From Verrucomicrobiia bacterium (lineage in GTDB: Bacteria > Verrucomicrobiota > Verrucomicrobiia > Limisphaerales > UBA1319), in NCBI GenBank assembly GCA_963664225.1, contig OY760937.1, positions 3,648,001-3,712,000 of the forward strand: DNA of 64,000 bases, written 5' to 3'. Each line of letters begins with the position of its first letter. The stretch's first letter is position 1. The notes beneath the pieces were generated by a model. That model saw only the letters and a program-made list of their open reading frames with translations. It was not told the origin of the DNA and did not search any database. This document shows, in pieces, positions 10,133 to 18,407 of the stretch. A program made the translations under genes and the position numbers.

Positions 10133-10409
10133 ATATTCTTCAAGTTGATCCGACGCGATAGGGTGTGCAGATGATCAACCGTTATCGTTGGTTTGGTTCG
10201 TCCTGACAATATTCATTTTACAGCCTCTAACGATTGGTGCACAGGACAAAATTCAGGAAGCTGGTTAAAAGCCAAAACCGTACGAACCCAGCCAGGACGC
10301 CAGTCGGCGGTGTGGGGCATGTAGTCCGGCGCGGTGGCATCCTCCAAACCGTGCAATAAATCCAGCGCTCGCAATACTTCTCCTTCTCCTGGGGGAGAAG
10401 GAAGGGAGG

Positions 10410-11800
10410 GGTATGTTCTAAGGTGATGGGTAACAGTTTCTCCCAAGCACATGGGTTACACTTTGCGAATGTCATGGAAGGAAACCAGTGTGAAGGACGA
10501 ACGAACAATAATGATCAGCGAGTATCTCAGCGGAGACTATTCGATAGCCGAGGTGGCGCGGCGTAGCGGGGTCGCTCGCAAGACCGTTTACAAATGGATT
10601 CGCCGTTATGAGGAAGGGGAGGATCAGGGACTCCAGGATCAGTCCCGGGCTGCGCACCATCATTCCAACGCTATTTCCGAGCAGATGGAGGAGTTGATTT
10701 TGGAATGGAAAGCCAGGCACCCTTTGTGGGGAGCCCCCAAGATTCAGAGCAAGCTCACCGGGTTGGCGGACTGTCCGGCTGAGAGCACGGTGAGCAATGT
10801 GCTGCGTCGGCACGGGTTAACGCGCCAGGTGCGTCGCAGGATCCGTTCCCATGGCAACGCGCAGCCGATGGCCGGCCTGCTTGGACCCAATGAGCTATGG
10901 TGTGTGGATTTTAAAGGATGGTTTCGCATGGGCAATGGAGAGCGCTGCGATCCGCTGACGATTAGCGACGCCTACAGCCGTTACCTGCTAGGCTGTCAGG
11001 GGATTGTTGGGGCGACCGGGCATTTGACAGTGAAACCTCTCTTTGAAGGCATTTTCCGCGAGTATGGGTTGCCCCTGGCGATTCGCAGCGACAATGGACC
11101 GCCGTTTGCCTCACCGGGGTTGGGCCGCCTGAGCCTGTTGTCGGTTTGGTGGATGCGGTTGGGAATCAGATTGGAACGCATTGATCCTGGGCATCCTGAA
11201 CAAAATGGCCGGCACGAGCGGATGCATCGCACTTTGAAAGAAGCGGCGATAACGCCTCCGAAGGCGAACAAAGCGGCTCAACAAAAGGCATTTAACGCGT
11301 TTCGGCAGGAATTCAATCAAGAGAGGCCGCACGAGGCGTTGAACCAACACACGCCGGCCAGCGTGTTTACGCCATCCGTGAGGAACTATCCCGATCGGTT
11401 GATGCAGCCGGAGTATCCTGAGAGATGGGAAAAACGAGGGGTGCGCACCAACGGAGAGATCAAGTGGCAAGGAGGCATGATCTATGTCAGCCAGGCGTTA
11501 ATTGGCCAGTGGGTCGGGCTGGAGCCGACCGGGGATGGATTATGGAAAGTGCATTTTATGAGTCAGGAACTGGGCCATGTGGACGAGAAGCGAAGGCGCG
11601 TGCACCTCTGGAACAAGAAAAAACGTGAGCCAAACAAGAATCAAATGTTCCCCGTCCCCTCGGTTCCACTGCGCCTTTGTCGCTACGCTCCAAAGGCTCC
11701 GTTCCACCGAGGGGACGGGGGCGAGTTGGGTCAAATGAAACCTCAAAAAGTGTAACCTATGCGCTTGGAAGAAAGTGTTACCTATGTGCTTGAACATACA
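10410..11800 (+). mobile_element. IS481-family insertion sequence
   Basis: About 50-bp imperfect IRs: left GGTATGTTCTAAGGTGATGGGTAACAGTTTCTCCCAAGCACATGGGTTACACTTT vs reverse complement of right TGTATGTTCAAGCACATAGGTAACACTTTCTTCCAAGCGCATAGGTTACACTTT. Right end is ...ACA. Confidence 0.85.
10469..11755 (+). CDS. IS481-family transposase (HTH + rve integrase core)
   Basis: MSWKETSV start, HTH (SRKTVYKW-like ARKTVYKWIRRY), WCVDFKG, IRSDNGPPF, HPEQNGRHERMHRTLK, NQERPHEAL. Confidence 0.92.
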   Translation: MSWKETSVKDERTIMISEYLSGDYSIAEVARRSGVARKTVYKWIRRYEEGEDQGLQDQSRAAHHHSNAISEQMEELILEWKARHPLWGAPKIQSKLTGLADCPAESTVSNVLRRHGLTRQVRRRIRSHGNAQPMAGLLGPNELWCVDFKGWFRMGNGERCDPLTISDAYSRYLLGCQGIVGATGHLTVKPLFEGIFREYGLPLAIRSDNGPPFASPGLGRLSLLSVWWMRLGIRLERIDPGHPEQNGRHERMHRTLKEAAITPPKANKAAQQKAFNAFRQEFNQERPHEALNQHTPASVFTPSVRNYPDRLMQPEYPERWEKRGVRTNGEIKWQGGMIYVSQALIGQWVGLEPTGDGLWKVHFMSQELGHVDEKRRRVHLWNKKKREPNKNQMFPVPSVPLRLCRYAPKAPFHRGDGGELGQMKPQKV

Positions 11801-12049
11801 GTTGAGGGCGGTCGTCCTTTCAAATCTGACTCTTGCCGGACCCTCAATCGGCGCCCGGCCATTCCCGAAACTCTTGCTATATTTGTATCGTATATACTCA
11901 CATGCCCTTTTTAAGGACTTTTTCGCTTGTCGAAGAAATATGTCCTGCGCCCAATCATGTGATTTATCATTGTGCAAATTCGCTATAATGCTCTAATACT
12001 CCCACATTGCCGCTCGTCGGGGTGCGGCCTCTACGCAATGGGATCTCTG

Positions 12050-13474
12050 ATGAAAATGCTTAAATCAATCATCGCTCTGGCCGCCCTATTGGGCTGCCTG
12101 ATCATTCCCAGCCTTGCGCGGGCCGAGGAAGCCCATCCCGTGGTAACAGCCCTGGCCTCCACGACGCTGAGCGGGTATGTGGATACAAGCGCCATCTGGA
12201 ATTTTGGACCGGGGATTGGATTATTGCCTGTTACAAATTCAAATCCCACCGGCACATTTCCCGGAATTCCAGATCCGTGGTATTTCACCAATCGGCCCAC
12301 TCATTTCGTATCAATGCTCTCCTTCAGCACGGCCACAAATGCGTACTTTGCGGGAATGGGTGATTTTGTAATTGGATGCGACGGGCTTCAATTCAGCCTC
12401 GATGTTCCCGGCAACATCGTTTCTATTGCCGGAGCTACTTTATCGTCACCTTCCCGCCAGGTAAGCGTTGATCTCGGCCCGGCTCAGTTCTCCCCCATTT
12501 CCACCAATTCCTTCTGGCCGCCTTTCTATTCCGTTGACGGGGTTTGGCACTTCTCCGGCTCGGTTCCGCTTGGCGAAACCTTGCGCAACGCCCTGCAGGA
12601 TGGACAAGGTCAGCTCACCCTATACTTAAGTCGCAATATCTGGGACCAGCAGCAAGAGGTCCTCCGGGGAAACCTCCTGGGTTTATCAGATCCCAATTTA
12701 ACCAACTCCTCCGCCTGTTGGCTGCGCCATCCCCGCTCCATTTCAGCGCGCTATACACTGGCGTCGTCTGAAAGGATTCCGGCGCTTTACGAAGATGACC
12801 TGTTGGACTTGGATCACGACGGTCAACCTGATTACAGCCTCTCTGGTGGTTCGCTCTGCACCGCTTCCATCCCGCCATTCTGCACAACCTTTTTCGACAT
12901 TTCCTGTCTGGTCAGCAACGAACTGCTCTTAAACAACTACTCTTCTGCGATTCTCGAAATGGGCATCGAGATCGGTCCACAACAAACAACCAATGCCACC
13001 TGGGGGTTTTCCAACTCGGCAAACATCACTAGCGTCGGCTTTGGCGCAGGCGAATACTCCTACTGGGCCGGTCCTCTGGGTTTCGCAGGCGAGGGTTACC
13101 TGGGCATACGCATGCCTTTGGCCGACGGCTGGCATTACGGATGGATCCACATCCGCCTCCCTGGTGCGGCCGAAGAGGGTTTTCTGATTATCGAAGACTG
13201 GGCCTTCGAGCCACAGCCCAACACCCCCATCCTCGCGGGTGCCAAACCGTTTACAGTTCCAGAGCAGTTTCTGGGCATCGTGCGCCCGGGCTTTCTGCGC
13301 GTCTTAATCCCCACCGAACCAGGTCGCAGCTACATCGTCCAGCGCAAGCAAGCCCTCGCCGCCCTCGATTGGGAAAACGCCACCTACTTTTTCATCGCCA
13401 CTTCAACCGCCATTCAGATCGATCTGCCGCTGGGCGAGACCACGGGTTTCTACCGCGTTTTGGAAGCGGATTGA
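12050..13474 (+). CDS. Secreted hypothetical protein with C-terminal 'FYR' module
   Basis: Signal peptide MKMLKSIIALAALLGCLIIPSLARA; GYLGIR..WHYGWIHI..DWAFE..PILAG domain; C-terminal GRSYIVQ..W..TGFYRVLEAD. Confidence 0.7.
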   Translation: MKMLKSIIALAALLGCLIIPSLARAEEAHPVVTALASTTLSGYVDTSAIWNFGPGIGLLPVTNSNPTGTFPGIPDPWYFTNRPTHFVSMLSFSTATNAYFAGMGDFVIGCDGLQFSLDVPGNIVSIAGATLSSPSRQVSVDLGPAQFSPISTNSFWPPFYSVDGVWHFSGSVPLGETLRNALQDGQGQLTLYLSRNIWDQQQEVLRGNLLGLSDPNLTNSSACWLRHPRSISARYTLASSERIPALYEDDLLDLDHDGQPDYSLSGGSLCTASIPPFCTTFFDISCLVSNELLLNNYSSAILEMGIEIGPQQTTNATWGFSNSANITSVGFGAGEYSYWAGPLGFAGEGYLGIRMPLADGWHYGWIHIRLPGAAEEGFLIIEDWAFEPQPNTPILAGAKPFTVPEQFLGIVRPGFLRVLIPTEPGRSYIVQRKQALAALDWENATYFFIATSTAIQIDLPLGETTGFYRVLEAD

Positions 13475-13618
13475 TGCGCCACCGGGTTGTGCTGGCAGGC
13501 TGTCGCGAAGGATTATTCTCCGTGCAAGTGGGTGTTGCACCCAGGACCGAACCTGCGTAAAGTGAAGCTCCGTAAACAGTATCACCAACAATTAATTCAA
13601 CCAAAACAGGATACCGCC

Positions 13619-14464
13619 ATGATTTCTTCATTGAATCAGCAAGCTTCCCGCCGCGGATTTCTCAAGACAGCCGCCCTGGGCGCTGCCGCTCTGCAATTCG
13701 GCCTGCCCGCTCTTCTGGCCGCCGACAAGAAAATCCCCATCGGCCTCCAGCTTTACTCTGTGCGAAAGGATTGCGAGAAGGACCTTCCCAAGGTTCTCGA
13801 AACGGTGGCCAAGATCGGCTACAAGGGCGTCGAGTTTGCCGGCTACTACGGACGCAAAGCCACCGAACTGCGCAAGATGCTCGATGATAATGGCCTGGTC
13901 TGCTGCGGCACCCATACGCCGCTGGACACCATCAAGCCCGAGAATCTCGAGGCCACCATCGAGTTCAACAAAACGATCGGCAACAAGAACCTGATTGTTC
14001 CCTACATGGATCCCAAGACCAAGGAAGGCTGGCTCGAGATGGTCGAACTTTTCAACAAGCAGGCCGAGAAAGTCAAACCCGCCGGAATGCGCGTCGGTTA
14101 TCACGCCCATGCCCATGATTTCCAAAAGCTCGACGGCGTTTCCTGCTGGGACATTTTCTTCGGCGGTACTCACGATGACGTCGTCATGCAGTTGGACACG
14201 AGCAACTGCATGGACGGCGGTGCCAACCCCGTGGAAGTCCTCAAGAAATACAACAAACGCGCCGTCACCATTCACATCAAGGAATGGGGTGGCAAGAGCG
14301 ACGCGGTCATTGGCGAGGGCAAGGTCGATTTCCCGGCCGTCTTCGACATCTGCGAGCATAACGGCGTGACCGAATGGTACGTCCTGGAGCACGAGCGTGA
14401 AGAGGATGCCATCGAGAATGTCCGCCGCAGCTTCGAAGCCCTGAAGAAACTGGGCAAAGTTTAA
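13619..14464 (+). CDS. Tat-exported sugar-phosphate isomerase/epimerase (xylose-isomerase-like TIM barrel)
   Basis: SRRGFLK twin-arginine signal; IGLQLYSVR, GYKGVEFAG, GYHAHAHDF, QLDTSN, HIKE, WYVLEHE. Confidence 0.88.
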   Translation: MISSLNQQASRRGFLKTAALGAAALQFGLPALLAADKKIPIGLQLYSVRKDCEKDLPKVLETVAKIGYKGVEFAGYYGRKATELRKMLDDNGLVCCGTHTPLDTIKPENLEATIEFNKTIGNKNLIVPYMDPKTKEGWLEMVELFNKQAEKVKPAGMRVGYHAHAHDFQKLDGVSCWDIFFGGTHDDVVMQLDTSNCMDGGANPVEVLKKYNKRAVTIHIKEWGGKSDAVIGEGKVDFPAVFDICEHNGVTEWYVLEHEREEDAIENVRRSFEALKKLGKV

Positions 14465-14494
14465 TCGCGCCAGTTCATTCTGGAAAAAAATATC

Positions 14495-14528
14495 AACCCC
14501 GTCCTGGATCTTCCCAGGCGGGGTTTTC
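14495..14528 (+). terminator. Intrinsic terminator (possibly bidirectional)
   Basis: AACCCCGTCCTGG-ATCTTC-CCAGGCGGGGTTTT hairpin between convergent genes. Confidence 0.7.
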
Positions 14529-14614
14529 ATTGGTCACCGTGAATTTCAGGATTTCGCGAACAGGGAATATCATGTTCGCTTGCGGCCATGCGTCCCTTGT
14601 CCGCCGCACCCGCC

Positions 14615-15130
14615 TCATCGCTTGAATTCCCTGAATCCTAAAGCCAAAAGCTGCTTCCGCGCGGCATCTAGATTCGTTGCGGTAAAAAGCCGATAATATG
14701 GCTCCGACGGTTGTCCAGGTTTGAAGTAGAAGGAATCTGACTCTTTCGTGAAATGTTCAGGAATCTCAGCACGATACCGGCGCTCGCGGTCCAACATGTC
14801 ATGCGTGCTCTGAAACACGCCGCAAAAATGCTTCTCGCTCTCGAACCAATGGCCTTCGCTATCGAGCGCGACGGACTTGGAAACTGGTCCAAGAGTGTGG
14901 CTGTCGCGATACCGGATTGCCATCCACCCGCCGTTCGCTGGGGTGATGAACGCGCCCAGTTTGGTGACAACCTTCTTCAATTCATCTGGCGTCTTCGCGG
15001 CACTGAGCAGGCGAATGGATTCCCGCCTCTGCTGCCCCGGCCAGAGCGAAGGCTCAACGTAGGTCATAAACCCGACAAAACCGACCGCCAGCAGAACGAC
15101 CGTCAAAAATGTGATTTTTAGAATGCGCAT
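14615..15130 (-). CDS. Hypothetical membrane-anchored protein
   Basis: MRILKITFLTVVLLAVGFVGF N-terminal TM; follows the DUF4272 gene on the same strand. Confidence 0.6.
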   Translation of the reverse strand: MRILKITFLTVVLLAVGFVGFMTYVEPSLWPGQQRRESIRLLSAAKTPDELKKVVTKLGAFITPANGGWMAIRYRDSHTLGPVSKSVALDSEGHWFESEKHFCGVFQSTHDMLDRERRYRAEIPEHFTKESDSFYFKPGQPSEPYYRLFTATNLDAARKQLLALGFREFKR

Positions 15131-15158
15131 AATGGTCGCCTGATGCCACACGTTTCGC

Positions 15159-15947
15159 TCAAGTGTCCGTGGGCGTCTCATCCCATCGGTTGCCGGGGGC
15201 GTATCCGCAAAGCCAGTTCAGAGCGAAGTGCCGTTCTACAGTGATGGACGTGACCTCGGACCACTCCTCTTCGCTCAAATCGCGATACGCCTTTCCTTTC
15301 GCCGGGAAATCCTCATCGATGCATTTTGGAATTAGCCCCTCCTGCACCCCGTTGGATGCCGAAATTCGCACCACATCGTCATAGCAGCGCAATCCCGCTG
15401 TCTTCAAATCCTCTTCATCCGGGAATGGTTCTCCACGTTCAATCAATTCACGGGTGCGACTGCGCCAGTGCCAGAACTCCGCCGTTTCGCGCGCGGCATC
15501 GATCTCGGACTCTTCGCGCAATCGGGCGGATCCAATGAAGGCGTTGAGGCCATCGGTTGGAACCTGTTCGAGGAAGTCGAAGCTGACCCGCGCGTCGTAG
15601 GGAGGCAACTGAGGCAGCATCCCAAGCGCCCATGCCAGCATTTGCGCGGCTTCAATCCTCCATGTTGCATTAATGACCTGCTGTTCAGTCATCGTCATGA
15701 TGGTGCATGCGGCGTGCGCTTTTTCGAGGGGTGACAAATGCGGCCAAAGCCCGACATCGCGCAACCCCTGCCAGAATTGCCGGTATTGCGCTTCCGACGA
15801 CCGTTGAAACTTCTCACGCTCCTCCGCGCTCCACTGGCCGGATATTTCCAGCACAGGCGCAATCACGACAGACGCCGCCACATGTCGTAGTATGAGCAAC
15901 CGCCGCGCGGCATCCTCTGATGAGGGTCGTGAATGATTTTTTTCCAT
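15159..15947 (-). CDS. DUF4272 domain protein
   Basis: WRIEAAQMLAWALG, HWRSR, ERHFALNWL..WDETPTDT C-terminus. Confidence 0.8.
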   Translation of the reverse strand: MEKNHSRPSSEDAARRLLILRHVAASVVIAPVLEISGQWSAEEREKFQRSSEAQYRQFWQGLRDVGLWPHLSPLEKAHAACTIMTMTEQQVINATWRIEAAQMLAWALGMLPQLPPYDARVSFDFLEQVPTDGLNAFIGSARLREESEIDAARETAEFWHWRSRTRELIERGEPFPDEEDLKTAGLRCYDDVVRISASNGVQEGLIPKCIDEDFPAKGKAYRDLSEEEWSEVTSITVERHFALNWLCGYAPGNRWDETPTDT

Positions 15948-15959
15948 AACAGGGGATTC

Positions 15960-18377
15960 TCATTGCACCACGTACGAGGGCGGAAGTTCCGCCGGATCTG
16001 AGCCCCAGGACCGGTTCGGTTCAGCGCCCATTTCCAGTTCCAAAACCCCGCCCGCCACGATCTCCCTGTAATTCAGCCAGGCCCGATTCAGCGGTTTTCC
16101 ATTCAATTTCGCCTGCTGAATATAAATGTTCTTTTCGGAATTGTTATGCGCGATGACGGAGAATGTTTTGCCCGCCGAATATTTCGCATCCAGCCGGAGG
16201 GTCACCTTTTTAAACAGGGGACTGCCGATCACATAAATGCCGTCCACGGGCGATACGGGATGCAGGCCGATCGCGCTGAGAATATACCAGGCGGACATCT
16301 GCCCGACATCCTCGTTCCCGCACAGTCCCTTGATGCCGGGACCGTAGGCGTGGTCCATGATGAAGCGCGACCATTTCTGACTCAGCCACGGTTGGCCCGC
16401 ATACACAAAAAGGTAGGGCACATGGTGAACCGGTTCGTTGGCATGGTTGTAATAGTCGTTCCATTTGAAACTCGTCGGGGTTTTCTCGAAGAATTCCGTC
16501 AGGTGTTTCAGGAAATAATCCCGGCCCATCATCTCGATCATTCCGCGCACATCCTGCGGCACAAACCATCCCTGCTGGTAGGGATCGCTTTCCACGCAAC
16601 CCTGGCCCTGCGTCGTGGCGCCCTGCCATTGGGTCCAGGAACCATCGCTGTTTTTGGCCCGCATGTTTCCCACGGTGGGATCGTAAATATTCCGGTAATT
16701 CAGCGACCGCTTGAAGAGCCTCTGCGCGTCGTTGGTTTGCCCCAGCGCCTGTGCAAAACGACCGGCGCAATAATCGAAATAGGCATTTTCCAGCGTCACA
16801 GAAATACTGCCCGGCACGAAACCCAGCGCTTCGTATTCTTTGCGATTGTTGCGCCCGCTTTTGGTTTCATCCACCGAGCGCAGGCATAGTTGATAGGCCT
16901 TTTGCGCATCGTATCCGCGTATGCCGCTCAGATAGGCCGCCGCAAACACCGACACTGCGGGATCCCCAACCATGCAGCCGGATTCGGCCGCCACAATTTC
17001 CCAGCGGGCCAGATAACCGTTGCCGCTCAATTCCGCCTGTTGCATCAGCGAATTGACCGTGTCATTGACGACATCGGGCCGGATGATGGACAGCAGTGGA
17101 TACTGGCTGCGGAAAACATCCCAGCCGCTAAAGATCGTGCGATAGGTAAATCCGCTCGTTTTATGCACCTTGTGATCGGCGCCCGTATAGTCACCATCGA
17201 CATCCGAGAAGGCCCGGGGATCGATCATCGAATGATACAGCGCGGTGGCAAATGCTTCCCGCTGCGCGTCCGTTTCGCCTTCGATCGCCACATTGGCCAG
17301 TGCCGTATTCCACGATGCGAGCGCGCTCTTGTGAACCGCCTCGAAGTTCCAGCCGCTGATATCGTGCTTCAAATTGGCCCGTGCTCCTTCGACGCTGGCA
17401 AACGAAATGCCGCATTTGAGCAAAACCTGTTCGCCTTCTTTGGTTGCGAACTCGGTGAAAAACCCAAGGTGATCGCCTTCCATTTCCCGGCAGTTCTCCA
17501 GGACCTTGGCCGCCGCCACCACTTTCCGATAACGCGGGCTTTCGATATCCTCGCGCTTCCGTTTCCAGTCCGCCGGAATGTCCGCCGACCAGACGCCAAA
17601 TTTTGTCAGCGGCTTGCTGAACCGGGCGGAAAAATAGACCGTGTAGTCCGCCTTGCCATCGCCGTTGCCCCAGCCGCCCCCCGCCGGTGGGCACTTCATC
17701 CAACCTTCAATCGTGTCCGCACCCACCACTTTTACATACTGCCGGATGGAGGTTCCGCCCACACGATGCGCCAGATCGATCTGGATGCGCGATTGTTCGG
17801 ATTGTGGATACGTGAATCGGAGCATGCCCGCACGCGGCGCGGCCGCCATCTCCGCGCGAATCTTATAGTCGTCCAGTGTGACCGCATAATATCCCGCCCT
17901 GGCCACCTCGGTCCCGTGATTAAACCGTGATCGGAAGCCATCTTCAGCTCCCTTGTCACCGCGTTCCGTCTTGAGCTTGCCCGTGGTGGGCATGACCTGG
18001 AAATTTCCGAAATCCCCATACCAACCCACGCCGCTCATGTGGGTGAAACTGAACCCTTCAATGGATTTGTGTTCCCACGAATACCCCGGCCCGTTGTCGC
18101 CGCCGGTGATCGTATCCGGACTCAGTTGAACCAGGCCAAAAGGCGTGGCCGCCCCGGGAAACGTCTTTCCCTCCCCATACTCCGTGCTCGTGCTGGCGCC
18201 AATCATCGGGTTGATGCTGTCCGCAAGAGTCCGCGCGGCGTGTCCCGGGGAAGCCAATCCCAGCAGGGCAACAGAGGCCATCAGATACGAATTCAGAATG
18301 GCCCGGCGGACGGTCCCGGTGGAACCGTCCCGCCGGTTCTTCAAGGCCGAAGTGACAACCTTATTCATGGCGCGCAT
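15960..18377 (-). CDS. GH92 family alpha-mannosidase-like glycoside hydrolase
   Basis: TFPGAATPFGLVQLSPDT, FSGWDVFRS, NHANEPVHH, GNEDVGQMSAWYILSAIG; signal peptide. Confidence 0.92.
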   Translation of the reverse strand: MRAMNKVVTSALKNRRDGSTGTVRRAILNSYLMASVALLGLASPGHAARTLADSINPMIGASTSTEYGEGKTFPGAATPFGLVQLSPDTITGGDNGPGYSWEHKSIEGFSFTHMSGVGWYGDFGNFQVMPTTGKLKTERGDKGAEDGFRSRFNHGTEVARAGYYAVTLDDYKIRAEMAAAPRAGMLRFTYPQSEQSRIQIDLAHRVGGTSIRQYVKVVGADTIEGWMKCPPAGGGWGNGDGKADYTVYFSARFSKPLTKFGVWSADIPADWKRKREDIESPRYRKVVAAAKVLENCREMEGDHLGFFTEFATKEGEQVLLKCGISFASVEGARANLKHDISGWNFEAVHKSALASWNTALANVAIEGETDAQREAFATALYHSMIDPRAFSDVDGDYTGADHKVHKTSGFTYRTIFSGWDVFRSQYPLLSIIRPDVVNDTVNSLMQQAELSGNGYLARWEIVAAESGCMVGDPAVSVFAAAYLSGIRGYDAQKAYQLCLRSVDETKSGRNNRKEYEALGFVPGSISVTLENAYFDYCAGRFAQALGQTNDAQRLFKRSLNYRNIYDPTVGNMRAKNSDGSWTQWQGATTQGQGCVESDPYQQGWFVPQDVRGMIEMMGRDYFLKHLTEFFEKTPTSFKWNDYYNHANEPVHHVPYLFVYAGQPWLSQKWSRFIMDHAYGPGIKGLCGNEDVGQMSAWYILSAIGLHPVSPVDGIYVIGSPLFKKVTLRLDAKYSAGKTFSVIAHNNSEKNIYIQQAKLNGKPLNRAWLNYREIVAGGVLELEMGAEPNRSWGSDPAELPPSYVVQ

Positions 18378-18407
18378 AACGGATGATTTGCAATTATGAA
18401 CAGTGGA

